A stretch of DNA of 64,000 bases from Octopus vulgaris. Lineage: Eukaryota. Positions 41,491-54,403 of the stretch are shown piece after piece. The stretch is taken from the NCBI GenBank assembly GCA_951406725.2, contig OX597819.1, positions 67,952,001 through 68,016,000 on the forward strand, written 5' to 3'. The notes below the pieces were generated by a model. That model worked only from the letters and a program-made list of their open reading frames with translations. It was not told where the DNA came from and made no database searches. A program made the translations under genes and the position numbers. Position 1 is the first letter of the stretch, and each line of letters opens with the position of its first letter.

Positions 41491-41579
41491 GAATACACTA
41501 TTACAGACAAAAACTGGACAAAACACAGTCATATGTGTTAGATATATGTATACGTGTGTGTGGGCGGTGTGTGTGTGTG

Positions 41580-41740
41580 AGTAGATAGACAACTGATGAA
41601 GGGTCGTTTCTCGGTGTTTCCTCGTCATGTTTTCTATTTTTTCTCTCGTTGTTTACATATTTATGTCGTTTATCTACGCATTCCCTGTTGTTTACACAGT
41701 TGGTGACGTCCTGTACTCATACAAGCATATCTATATATAT
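41580..41740 (+). mobile_element. 5'-truncated copy of the permuted-hammerhead element family
   Basis: GAGTAGATAGACAACTGATGAAGGG matches GAGTAGATTAAACAAAGGTGACTGAAGAAGGGG (52429 region, minus); downstream GTCCTGTAC.CATA is shared. Confidence 0.55.
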
Positions 41741-41829
41741 ATTATTCATTATTATCTAATCGAATGCCATCCATCCATTTCAAAGTATATATGTGTGTGT
41801 ATGTATGTATGTATGTATGTATGTAGACG

Positions 41830-42885
41830 TGATATACCTCGACTTTGCAAAGGCCTTCGTCACAAGCTGCGAAACCTTGGTATTACTGGGAAACTGAGAG
41901 AGTGGCTGCATGACTTTCTGAAGGGCAGGAGTCAGACAGTTGTGGCCAATGGTGCTCAATCGGAATAGACACCAATTCTCAGTGGAGTCCCTCGGGGAAC
42001 TGTACCGGGGCCACTACTATTTGTGGTAGCCCTCTCTGACATGCCATCCGCAGTACAGTCAACCAATCTGACCAATTATGCTGACGACACAAATGTATCA
42101 CAGGCCGTTAGGAACCCAGGGGACATCATAAAACTTCAGGAAGACCTGAATGAAATATAAATATGGGCTAAGAAACATAACATGCAGTTTAATGCAATAA
42201 CATTCCAGGCACTCCACTATTGGTCCAATACCAGGCTGAAATCGGAATACACTGAATACGATCCCAGAGTCAGGGTCTTTGCGTGACCTGGGGGTGCACA
42301 AGATCAATGATGCAACATTCCACGTGCATATTACCAAGATGGCAGCAGTGTGCAGGCGAACGGCAGGATGGATTCTGAGGACATTCACAACCAGGAAAAC
42401 GGAAGCCCTGCAACACCTATGGAGGACTTTCGTTTTTAGCCCCTCGGCCTACTCTTCCCAACTGTGGTCTCCAGAAAGTGTGAAACAAACTGCAGAATTC
42501 AAAACAATCCAGCGACGATACACAAAGATGATTGACCGGATGCAAAAGATGGGCTACTGGGAGAGGCTAAAGGAGCTGAGTCTCCATTCTCTGGAGAAAA
42601 GACGAGAGAAATACGCGGTGATATATATTTGGGAGGTCTTGGAAGGTTTAGCTCCCAATTTTGTGACTGACAACTATAAGATTCCTCCAACTGGACTCCA
42701 CTGCATCACACCAAAGATCCTCTCTTCCCTATCTAATATAAGGACACAGTACTGCAATAGTCTGGGTTTCTTGGACCCCAATTATTCAGCATCCGGCCAG
42801 GCAATCTACATGGTGTTGATGTGGACGTTTTCAAGGAACATCTGGACAGGTTTCTATCTAAGATACCAGATGAACCCACATCATG
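41830..42885 (+). mobile_element. CR1/L2-group LINE reverse transcriptase 3' half, degenerate
   Basis: YLDFAKA, WLHDFLKGRSQTV, SGVPRGTVPGPLLF, YADDT, LQEDLNEIYKWA, RDLGV, YWERLKELSLHSLEKRR. Confidence 0.9.
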
Positions 42886-42929
42886 ACAGCATGTGTTTGT
42901 GTGTAAGCATGTATGTATGTGCGTGTATG

Positions 42930-43003
<74 letters not shown>

Positions 43004-43629
43004 TTGCGTCTAGGTATTCTGCATATTCATGCGTTTGTGTGTTCATGTTTGTGCGTTTGTATGTGTGTGTATGTGTGTTTGCATGTATGTATATGTACCT
43101 CTGTCTCCTTGCGTGTGAGCATGCCTGAATGTGTCTGTGTAAGGGATTTTGTGACTATGTACGCGCGTCAGTTATGTAGGAATGTGTGTCTCCATGTGTC
43201 CTTGCGTGAACTGTGCGCGTGTGTATATGTTCATGTGTTTCAGTCTTCATTTGTGTATGTGTGTGTGTGTGCTTGTCTGTTCATATTACCTACGTACCTA
43301 TGAATTACTTTCATATCAATTTACCTATGTATATGCATATACGCATATACGAAAATACGAATATATGCGCACCTTCGTTTGGGTCTTACCTTTACTTTGT
43401 TATCTCCCCTACTTCTTCGGTCTCCTTTGTGACGCTTCTGTCCGCAATTGCCATGATAGATCAGTAGCCACTACACACATTTTTTTCTCTCCTTGTTTCT
43501 TTCCGTGTTCCATTCTGTGAAAGAGCGTAGGCTCGAAAGGTAGACTTTTTCAATTCCTGAGCGTTATACTAATACATCTGTTTGTTTTCTACACCACCTG
43601 TTTTCGTCTTTTGTTTTTTCATGAATTCT

Positions 43630-43729
<100 letters not shown>

Positions 43730-43749
43730 GTGTATGTATATGCATATAT

Positions 43750-44340
43750 TTCTATTGCTAAGCCAATCCTGTTTCTTCTCCCCTCTTTGATTCCTTCCTT
43801 CTCTCTCTCTCCCCCCTGGTGCCTTCGTCCCTTTCTTTCTCTCTCTCTTTGATTCCTTGCTTCCTGCTTTTCTTTTCTTTCTCTTGCTCTCACTTGACCG
43901 CATTCAAACCGGTCTTTTCGGCTTGACAGCTGCCATGTTAACGTTTGTTTTCGTTTTGCCGCAAAAGCATTTTTCAAATACGCCAGCCAAGATAAGTTAA
44001 AAATTGTCTAAAATCGTAAGACGCCCGTTGTTTTTGTCCTGCTTACCATTCTTGTTCTTTATTCCTATTTTTTTGTTTCTTGTATTTATATTCGTGTGGC
44101 ATCCTGTCTTTGTTTCGTATACACTCGATCCTCTTTCCAAGAAATCTAATGCCTGTGGCTTAGTTTTTATCCTTGGGGCTGACCGGTTCGGAGTGATATC
44201 GAGATTAAACAGCCGAAATTGCTAAGATGATCCGGTTCCGACTGAAGATTAAAGGCTTCGAGTGACCCGTCTGTTTTGTTTTTTTTTTGTGTCGTCTCTT
44301 TCTGTGTTTAGGCGTTTTTGTCCCACTTTGTAATTTATAT
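43750..44340 (+). mobile_element. Non-coding pyrimidine-rich element carrying a permuted hammerhead (third subfamily)
   Basis: Same layout as the 12233 and 52200 elements (CT-rich segment, then T-rich segment, then ribozyme motif), between TA microsatellites; little primary identity. Confidence 0.55.
44177..44248 (+). ncRNA. Candidate reverse-order hammerhead, diverged subfamily
   Basis: GGCTG ACCGGTTC GGA GTGAT A TCGAG ATTAAA CAGCC GAA ATTGC TAAGAT GATCCGGT TCCGA CTGAAGA. Confidence 0.55.
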
Positions 44341-44489
44341 TTTATATTTAATTTCTATATATATATATATATGTAGGTAAATGGATACGGGTATAAATGG
44401 ATATGAATGCATAGAGATAGACATACAGATAGACAGGTACATAGGTAATATGAACAGACAAGCACATATACACATACACACACAAACAT

Positions 44490-44548
<59 letters not shown>

Positions 44549-44778
44549 TACATGCATATATACATACATACGTGTATGCCCACGCACACTTTCCCACACA
44601 CATGCGCACAAACAAATAAAAGGAATGCAGCTCGGAAAATGGACAGTCAACTACTATTCAAAAGGTGTAAGACGCAAGAAAAATTTTAGGAAAAATAAAG
44701 AAGTAAATAAGTGGAAACTGGATCGGTGAGTGTGTTAGATAATAAGACTCAAAAAGAGAATGACTCTCCCCAGACACA

Positions 44779-44827
<49 letters not shown>

Positions 44828-44849
44828 GTAGATGTATATATATATATGG

Positions 44850-45055
44850 ATGAGAGGCGCTGAAAAGTTCTTGGGTTTGGATAAAAAATACCGGACTAAC
44901 AGTTAATTATAATTTTATTCAACATATTCCCTTCTGAGATTCACACGCTTATCGCAGACTTTCTATACCATGTAATAGAACTCGGAAGGTTTGGCCTCCA
45001 AGCAGGTGATTCGTGATGCTCTTAGACCCATAAACTTTTCAGCCCTACCTCCTAT
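44850..45055. mobile_element. Mariner-type MITE related to 37676
   Basis: GCTGAAAAGTTCTTGGGT / ACCCATAAACTTTTCAGC. Confidence 0.65.
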
Positions 45056-45153
45056 GTATTGCGAGTTGGTTTTGAAAAATTATAATATATAAGGTTGAGA
45101 TATGAGACACGCGTTATTTGGTCTCTAATTTATATTTTAATGCTTTGGCCTAT

Positions 45154-45221
45154 CCGCTGATGAGAACTTCGCCTTGCATAATATTTTATTTGGTAATTGA
45201 AGTTCGAAACCTGAGGCCCGG
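45154..45221 (+). ncRNA. Type I hammerhead, cleavage triplet mutated (GCC)
   Basis: CCG CTGATGA GAACTTC-loop-GAAGTTC GAAAC CTGAG GCC CGG. Confidence 0.6.
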
Positions 45222-46344
45222 TTGTAAGACACGGTAAATGTTTTTATTTTTCATTCCCTTCGAAATTGTTAACTGTGACTTGAACTTTTTGACTGTTTTT
45301 CCTAGTATGTTGGGCAACCTGTTAAGGCTTTTGCCTCTTTGTGTATAAAGGTACACTAATTTATGTGTGTGTGTATGTGTGTGTGTGTTTATATATATAC
45401 AGAGACAGACAGAGAGAGAGCATATGCGTCTATATAAGTGCCTTGATTTTCGTTCCTGTTTTTATGCTGTGCTATTTTGTGTAATTTAACTTGTCTGAGC
45501 AAGAGTTCAATGTACAGAGTGTCACCAGGAATCAGCAGACGGAGATGTCCAGATGAATTTGATCTCTAATCAATACTTCTTTTGGATCTTTTGGGATTTT
45601 TTTTTTGTTTGTCTAGTTTTTGGGGGGTTTTTTTCATGTTTCACCTTATGACTGATGTTATACTAAACTTCAAGTAGGGAACTGTAGGTGATAGAATCCG
45701 TTTCCTCAGTAAAATCAATACTAGCTGGATCTCACGAACGCACCCGTACGGACGTTCTATTTAGATTTCATATTTAAAATTAATGCATTCGAATATTGAG
45801 TAATATAATCGTCCATCATAAATACGAAGCACAATGCCTTATGGACTAATTATTGCAGATGTTTTGTTGCCAAACCCACTTGGTCATTGAGGCATCAGTA
45901 ATGATTCGCTTTGCGTGTGTTAATCCAATAGACTATTTAGTGTTTGAGCTCTATTGTTCCCTACCGTCCAAGAGTAAAGCATAATAAATTATGGAATGAT
46001 TATAATGGAAATAACGTGCTGTATCACACTGGGTCATTGACACACCATTAATAACTTTCACTTCGCATGGTAAATGGAATAGAAGAATTCGAAGGTTTGA
46101 ATTCAACTTTCGACCCTCCCCACATTTTTCCAAACCGTATTCTGGGATATGAGCTGCAGACCGAAATTATGGTAACAATAATCTTGTGTTTCATTTACAC
46201 TGCAGCGGCTGATTTCAGCAACCATATTGCGAAGATACAATCTGCTCGAAACATTTCGAATAGGAACCTTATACTAACTCTTCTGCTGATTTTAAAGGGA
46301 ACCATTCACTGTATCTGCAAAACATTCACCATATCAGTGACACC

Positions 46345-46900
46345 AGTCAATTTCTTTATTAACCATGAGGTTGAGAAAAAGAGGGGACGATACGAGGACA
46401 GACAAAACAAACATTGGGGTCAGGGTATCGAATGAGACGAAACGTACGAATAAACAAACAATTAAAATATATATAATTAAATGAGAATGAGTGATTTAAA
46501 AAAATGAAGCGGAGGACGCGGTCGACCCCACAGACCACTCTGAAGACTTTGCTTTGTCACTTTTATATTCTCGTTTAGACAGGGTCTTTCACTCGCAACA
46601 TACTTGCTATAGACTTCCATATTTTATGAAACACACTTTTCGACAAGCATTTCTTCTCCAGCCTTATTTTCCGTTTCATGTGGAAAACGAAAAAGTCGAT
46701 TAGCTCGAGACTGGAGATGAACATGCCTGTTGCAATTCCTTTCACTCTCGTCTTCCATACTACCTCTTTGGCAACAGCAAATATCGAGCGAAAACAGGCT
46801 CGCTCCTCCCTATTCAGGGAGGTCGGCGGAACGATCTTAATTACAGATTCGCTCGACAGTTGTACTCTTCTCGAACGCCCAGCCTCGGTCTACACTTGAT
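46345..46900 (-). mobile_element. L1/Tx1-like LINE ORF2 C-terminus and 3' UTR
   Basis: CFRSIFAVAKEVVWKTRVKG...KRKIRLEKKCLSKSVFHKIW, then a T-rich UTR ending near AATAAA. Confidence 0.7.
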
Positions 46901-47559
46901 CCATGGGATCAGTTTGGTGAACGGTGTGAACTAGGGAAATAACAGTCAGGGGTAGTGTGAAAAGGAGGCTACGAATCGTGAAGCCATATATTTGGAGAAA
47001 CTCGCCATATAAATGGAGAAACTCGGAACAAGTGCGATCCGATTTTCGATATTGCGAATGACATTTCAATTGTCAATTTCATGATTTTATGATTTCTATA
47101 TATGTGTTGGTCTATAGAAACGAACTGCACTATCAGCTTAGTCAGTCTATAATACTTCAGCCAGTTCCTTATTAGGGAAACATTATATGGAATAATGTAT
47201 ATCGCATAACTGATGTACCTCAAAGACTTGCCTCTGTCTCTTTTATTTATATTTCACACGGTACTTACATTGATTTTATAGCGGTAGACTCACAAGCACA
47301 CATATACACAGACACACACGCACGCACAGCATGCACGCACACATGCACGTACGCACACACACACACACGCCCACATACGCATGCACACGAACATATAGCT
47401 GTAACTATGGCTACATACGTTTTACATACACATTCATAGTGGTGGCTAGCACAAAACAAAAGTGGAAGCGACAATGTCGAAAAGGTTTGCTCATTTGCTC
47501 CTGTAAGATACGGTATGAATATGCATCGAGAGTTCTTACTGTTGTATTCTTAGAGTGTT

Positions 47560-47928
47560 GATGCAATGGCCCAGTGGTTAAGGCAGTGGTTTCGCGGTCG
47601 TAGGATCGCGTTTTTGATTCCCAGACCGGGCGTTGTGAGTGTTTATTGGGCAAAGACACCTTAAGCTCCACGAGGCTCAGGTAGAGGTGAGGTGAACCCT
47701 GCTATACTCTTTCACCACAACTTTCTCTCACACTTTGTTTCTATTGTACTTATATTTCAAAGGGCCCGCCTTTTCACACAATGTGTCACGCTGAATCTCA
47801 CTGAGAACTACGTTAAGGGACACCTGTCTGTGGAGTACTCAGCTACTTGCACGTTAATTTCACGAGCAGGCTGTTCCGTTGATCAGAACAACTGGAACCC
47901 TCGTCGTAACGATGGAGTACCGCGACAA
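47560..47928 (+). mobile_element. SINE family S3 (tRNA-derived)
   Basis: A box TGGCCCAGTGG, B-box-like TTGATTCCC; second copy at 59587-59955. Confidence 0.85.
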
Positions 47929-48077
47929 CTGAAGACATTGCATATATTTTAATCACAGGACAGGGTATTGTCAACTGACAGGCTTTAATTGTGAGATACC
48001 CACATATGTAAGGCTACCCAATTCATTTTCAGCGGAAAATAGATTATCGTTGTAGTTTTAATATTTGTTTTCTTTAA

Positions 48078-48842
48078 AGGGGCGAGCTGACAGAATTGTT
48101 AGCAAGCCGGACGAAATGCTTAGCGGTATTTCGTCTGCCGCTATGTTCTGAGTTCAAATTCCGCCGAAGTCGATTTTGCCTTTCATTCTTTCGGGGTTGA
48201 TTAAATAATTACCAGTTACGCACTGGTGTCGATGTAACCGACTGAATCCTTTTGTCTGTCCTTGTTTCTTCCCTCTATGCTTAGCCCCTTGTGGGCAATA
48301 AAGAAAGAAATATTTGTTTTCTTTAAGGCGGCGAACTGGCAGAAACTTTAGCACGCCGGGCGAAATGCATAGACGTATTTCGTCTGCCGTTACAATCTGA
48401 GTTCAAATTCCGCTGGGGTCGACTTTGTCTTTCATCCTTTCGGGGTCGATTAAATTAGTGCCAGTTAGACACTGGGGTCGATATAATCGACTTAATCCAT
48501 TTGTCTGTCTTTGTCCTCTCTGTGTTTATCCCCTTGTGGGTAGTAAAGAAACCGACTTAATCCTTTTGTCTCTCCTTGTTTGTCCCCTCTATGCTTAGCC
48601 CCTTGCGGGCAATAAAAAAAAGCATATTTGTTTTCTTTAAGGCGGCGAACTGGTAGAAACATTAGCAAGCCGGGCGAAATGCTTAGAGGTATTTCTTTTG
48701 TCTTTACGTTCTGAGTTCAAATTCCGCCGAGATCGACTTTGCCTTTCATCCTTTCGGGGTCGATAAATTAAGTACCAGTAGCGTACTAATTGACTGGCCC
48801 ACCTCCCCCAAAATTTCTGGCCTTGTGCTTAGAGAAGAAAGG
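48078..48842 (+). mobile_element. Tandem array of three S2 SINEs plus an extra tail
   Basis: Units are separated and flanked by ATATTTGTTTTC at 48061, 48310, 48624 and 48844. Confidence 0.85.
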
Positions 48843-49593
48843 AATATTTGTTTTCATTTGTTTATAGCAAATTTGAATAGTTGAAAATCACAAAAATACA
48901 AAACTATTTTATAAAATCACTTGTTTTGGTAAGTAACCCTGACTCATCACATTATCTATAAATGTGGACCTTTCCAGAAAACAGGGACCTTTTAATTCAA
49001 TGAACCGATTTTGAAAACTGACAAATTTCCGTATTTCATAGGATTTGATTGATTCCTTTTGCATGGGACAATGATTAAATAAGTGAGAGTCCATTCAACG
49101 ACGCAAAAATTGCCCCAAAATGATTACGACAAAACATACCCCTGTAAAAGAGGGTAAATTTATAGATACATTAGTATCTGAAGGTTAAATTAAAGATTCT
49201 TTTAATAATGCTGACTAATATATTCCTAAATATTGTTGGTGATTAATAGGGTTTTATAAAGGAATATAAGATCTCATCATTAGAATTATATTTATCATTA
49301 TGCTCCCTCAGGCCAAAAATAACGCCCCTGAATTACACTACGATAAAGCTGGTAGAGAGAGATATGGATAAGGAAATATCTTTTAAGTCATTTGAAATCA
49401 TTCTTTACGATGAAACACAATTTTAATGGAAATAGGCTACATCTATATTTAAACAATAGATTTCTTAAGCTTATAGTTCATTAGAATATTACGGTTAAAT
49501 TTATCAATAATTTTTGGTGATACATGAAACCAAGGTGTCCAATTATAAATGATGCATGTCTGATTATCTGAGTGTGTTTACATACAATTTATA

Positions 49594-49649
<56 letters not shown>

Positions 49650-49698
49650 AATTATAAATTATAAATTATTTCTTTTGTCCTTACTTTTAAATTATATA

Positions 49699-49751
<53 letters not shown>

Positions 49752-49871
49752 CACGTGATCACCTGACCGACCAGACCATCAGATGTTGTTACACATCGCT
49801 GGTCACAATGCGTTCGTATTGTTTTAGCCTTCGAATGACGCCACCCCGCTGGCTAAGCGAGCAAGCCAACA

Positions 49872-49931
<60 letters not shown>

Positions 49932-50110
49932 CTGGTTCTAAATAAATAGTTATTGAAATAACAACCGTCTGCAGATCACATATATAGTCAATGTATAATT
50001 TTCAAAACGACAAATTTGTGTCTTTCGTAATGTCTATTCCGACATATTAAAAAGAAATCATGCGAAATAGTTTTTCACTTTACAAGTTCTGATATGTAGA
50101 CACACACATA

Positions 50111-50216
<106 letters not shown>

Positions 50217-50674
50217 TGTGCATTTTCAGAGTTCCTTTGTACGTGTGTTTATATCCCTGCACAATTTCAATTTGCAACATATGAAATAAAGAAGGAACAT
50301 TTCGTGCCAACTTAACCATATTTGTAGATTATACGAGTTTATTTTTTTCTATATTTTCCTTTTCACTTTTATCTATATATTTTACTTTTCCTTTCATTTT
50401 ATTTACATCTCTGATGTTAAATAATGTTATAAGCTTCCCAAACAACAAACAGTCGATAAAAAGATAATTATCCATTTACCAAACATCGCTTCCCATTATC
50501 TGCTATTTTGCACAAATATGCAATATGTTGCCAACATAAATTTGAAAATATTCATCACAGGGCTGTTATCACGCTGAATTTTCACACCCTTCTGAACAGA
50601 ACAACCACACAAGCTGTTCAAGCTGTGTTTCGTAGACTCCTACAGAGTAGGTAATAACACTATGGGTTTGAATA

Positions 50675-50723
<49 letters not shown>

Positions 50724-50996
50724 TCCTTAGTATCCGTAAAACAAACTATGACTTCATACGAATAGTTCTGTATACATATATATGTATGCATGTATGTATA
50801 TGTGTATATATACGTATGTATGTATGTATGTATGTATGTATGTATGTATGTATGTATGTATGTATGTATGTATGTATGTATGCATGCATGTATGTATGTA
50901 TGTATATATATTATATATATATATTAATATACGGTAAATATTATAGGGACAGAGAGCGGGCGGAGGGAGATTGACAGATAGATAGAGATAATATTT

Positions 50997-51054
<58 letters not shown>

Positions 51055-51212
51055 GTATATAAATATGTGTGTGGTTATGTGTGTGTCTGTATGTGCATGT
51101 ATACACATATATATGAATAGATAGATAAATAGATAGACATATTTCAATTTTTCTCGTGTTAATATATTTAGTTATGTATGTATCAATGTATGTACTTATG
51201 TATGTATATATG

Positions 51213-51299
<87 letters not shown>

Positions 51300-52190
51300 T
51301 CACAGAAACAATCTCCAACAACACCGCAAATAGACGCAGCGATCTCTGCCTAGCAGAACGCCTAGCTATACTTACGGATAAGCAAACTCTTCTCAACAGG
51401 AAATTTGAGAAGAACTTTTTTTGTCTTCACGTGGGCCTTTATGTATTTTCGAAATACCGGTAGAATTGCCTTTCTTGTCTTCATGCAGGCCTCTATGCCT
51501 TCATAATCCCAAACTAGAATACTCATCTATATAAGTCTAAGTAGCTTCGTAACACATTAAACACATGGATTGTCACCCCACAAACCCCCTCTCCCCAAAC
51601 ATAGCATAATAATACACTTTGCAAATACATAGGATCCTGTCTAGCACTAAGAACTTCCTAAATTCTAGCAATATGACAATTATTAGCCATAACACATTTT
51701 CAAACCACCAAATATTTGGTATGCGTCAGCTCCCTTTTCACCCTGCTTAAGTTATCCCCCACCTTCATTTACACCGCTGATGTTACTAATCGTAAAGCGG
51801 AATACACACGTAGAAAAAATGTTCTTAATTAAACTAGGAAACACGCACCTAAATAATACACACACCGCCCTAATTACCCAACAAGACTAACCAATCTACC
51901 ACAAGCAAACCTCTACCTAGCGAATTTACCAGCGCAAGAACAAAGATTTAATGTAAGAATTACCACTTTGATTACATTACCATCACATATGTATCAATTA
52001 TTTTCGCATCCTAACTGATGCATCTATCTATATAATCGTATTCTGAAAAGATTTACTTAAACCAGTAAATTGAAGCGATTGTAAACGCTACCCTCATTTC
52101 TGCTTCTTTTCTTCCTTCTTTGTTACCTATTTAAGATATACCAGCGAAAACTACGAGTTTCCCATTGTCATTATATCAATTTTCTTCTAT
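51300..52190 (+). mobile_element. Penelope-like 3' remnant
   Basis: [26 protein letters not shown] resembles the Penelope endonuclease C-terminus (RCxLCLxEKxxI..LLNxRxE); right boundary uncertain. Confidence 0.55.
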
Positions 52191-52199
52191 ATATATATA

Positions 52200-53030
52200 T
52201 ATATATAATAAATTAATAAATAAATAAAACATATGCATATATACATACATATATGTACGTACCTACCTCTACATGTATATATACATGCATATATGGGTAC
52301 AGGACACCACAAAAACGTCGAACACAATGAGAAACGAAGACATAAATACAGAACCAAGGAAATGGACATTTTTTCTTAAACAACGAAAAAATAGAGTACA
52401 GGACATACAAAGCAAGGAAAATTCCCCTTCTTCAGTCACCTTTGTTTAATCTACTCCACGTTTCGAAGGTCAAGGCGATACATGACTTCATTGAAACTTT
52501 CCTTCCCGCGAAAATCAAATTAAATAAAATTTGAGATTTTTTTGCGGAGGGGTAAAAATGGTAACAACAACAGAACAGTAACGACAGTACAAAATATAAA
52601 CAGTAAAAGACAGGACACGGAAAATAACAGTAACACAAACAAGAGGGGCTGTTAAGCCAAACAGGATAAAATTTTTTACGAACGCTATTTTTTGAGAACG
52701 ACGAGGGAGCAACATTTTTTGCCGTCTCTACTTGGAGGAAGCCAGGAGAATAAAGACAGTAGTAGCCTTCTCATCAGGTGTCCGCGACGGGAGGGAGGAG
52801 GAGTAAGAGAAAGGGAGAGAAAAAAAGGGAAAGGTTGTAGAGAAAAGAATGAAGAATGAGAGAGAGAGGGGGAGAGACAGTAAGGTAGAAGAAAAGGAAA
52901 GCCAAAAGAATGAAGGCTGAGAAAGGGAGGGGGAGAGAGAAAGGTTAAGAGTGCGCATCATTATTAATATTAAGAAAATCTTACTTAGAAATGGATGCGT
53001 GCGTTCCGTCATATAATAAAATATATGTGT
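52200..53030 (-). mobile_element. Single-unit relative of the 12233 element (second subfamily)
   Basis: Shares ATATGTACGTACCTACCTCTACATGTA, CCCCTTCTTCAGTC, GCGGAGGGGTAAAAA and ATCTTACTTA..TGCGTGCGTT; about 830 bp between (TA)n tracts. Confidence 0.8.
52429..52505 (-). ncRNA. Candidate reverse-order hammerhead, second subfamily
   Basis: GAAGG AAA GTTTCAAT GAAGT CATGT A TCGCCTT GA CCTTC GAA ACGTG GAGTAG ATTAAAC A AAGGTGA CTGAAGA. Confidence 0.65.
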
Positions 53031-53048
53031 ATATAAATGTATAAATAT

Positions 53049-53126
<78 letters not shown>

Positions 53127-53129
<3 letters not shown>

Positions 53130-53966
53130 AAAATAGTAAAGTGTGAAAAAACGACAGAAGGCTTAAATGTTAAAAAATATATATATTTGTGTCAAAATGT
53201 CTGGAGAATATTGGAAAAATTTTTTTCCCTTTCCTTAAAATGACATAATTTTAAAATTTTTAAAGAAATTACCGGTTTCGCGTGTAGCTTTTCAAATTTC
53301 TTGTGACGTTATGTTTATATTGCATGGAATTATCGTTGTTTTTATTTCCAGGAGATTTCTAAATAAGGGGAGGTAGTGAGTGATTTTTTCCGGTGTAGGG
53401 GAGATAATCGCTTAAAATTTTTTCTCCCTTTTCCTTGTTAATTTCTCTGTGTCAGTATGTTCGGATGGTTGAGTCTGGGTTTGTACTTCATTGAGAAATG
53501 CGCAAAGCAACTACTGCCACAATTTTTAATCTTCCCATTTTACCAATGTGCTTTCGGATCATCAACACAAATGAGACTGAACAAGGAAACATTCTTCATT
53601 GAAAAGTACAAACCCAGACTCAACCATCCGAACATACTGACACAGAGAAATTAACAAGGAAAAGGGAAAAAAAATTTTTAAGCGATTATCTCCCCTACAC
53701 CGGAAAAAATCACTCACTACCTCCCCTTATTTAGAAATCTCCTGGAAATAAAAACAACGATAATTCCATGCAATATAAACATAACGTCACAAGAAATTTG
53801 AAAAGCTACACGCGAAACCGGTAATTTCTTTAAAAATTTTAAAATTATGTCATTTTAAGGAAAGGGAAAAAAATTTTTCCAATATTCTCCAGACATTTTG
53901 ACACAAATATATATATTTTTTAACATTTAAGCCTTCTGTCGTTTTTTCACACTTTACTATTTTCTT
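53127..53966. mobile_element. Young Penelope-like fold-back insertion (roughly 362-bp near-perfect inverted arms, 115-bp spacer)
   Basis: 53127-53488 is the reverse complement of 53604-53966; spacer and right arm encode QMRLNKETFFIEKYKPRLN (GIY-YIG C-terminus). Confidence 0.85.
53791..53830 (+). ncRNA. Minimal type I hammerhead with U3-A8 core (mirror copy 53263-53302, minus)
   Basis: AAGAAAT TTGAAAA GC TACAC GC GAAA CCGG T A ATTTCTT. Confidence 0.75.
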
Positions 53967-54005
53967 ATATATTCACCCACGTGCTTTACCAAACAAACTT
54001 TCTTA

Positions 54006-54065
<60 letters not shown>

Positions 54066-54403
54066 CAAGATGCGTAGGAATGTCTGCCTTGAATGAAAAT
54101 GCACTGTATCTGAACCAGGTGAATTGACATGAATGCTACATCAAAGGACATTAGGACAATTATCACAGAGCATTACGTATCTGATTGAAATTTAATTTTA
54201 ATTTAATGAGAATAATACTGTGATAAATGTATTTTGATGATATGTAATTTTTCATTCTTCTTTATGATATTTGGATTGAATTCAATATTGAGGGTTAAAT
54301 CATTTGTAGAGTCTTGCTGGCCACACTTTTTAAATCTTCCAAAGAGTATTCACCGAATCTTCCCCGCTCCCATCAAGAAATATTTTATTTCCTGTAGAAT
54401 ACC

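Noticed and set aside
47560-47630. tRNA gene
   Set aside because: tRNA-derived SINE head that continues into a repeat body
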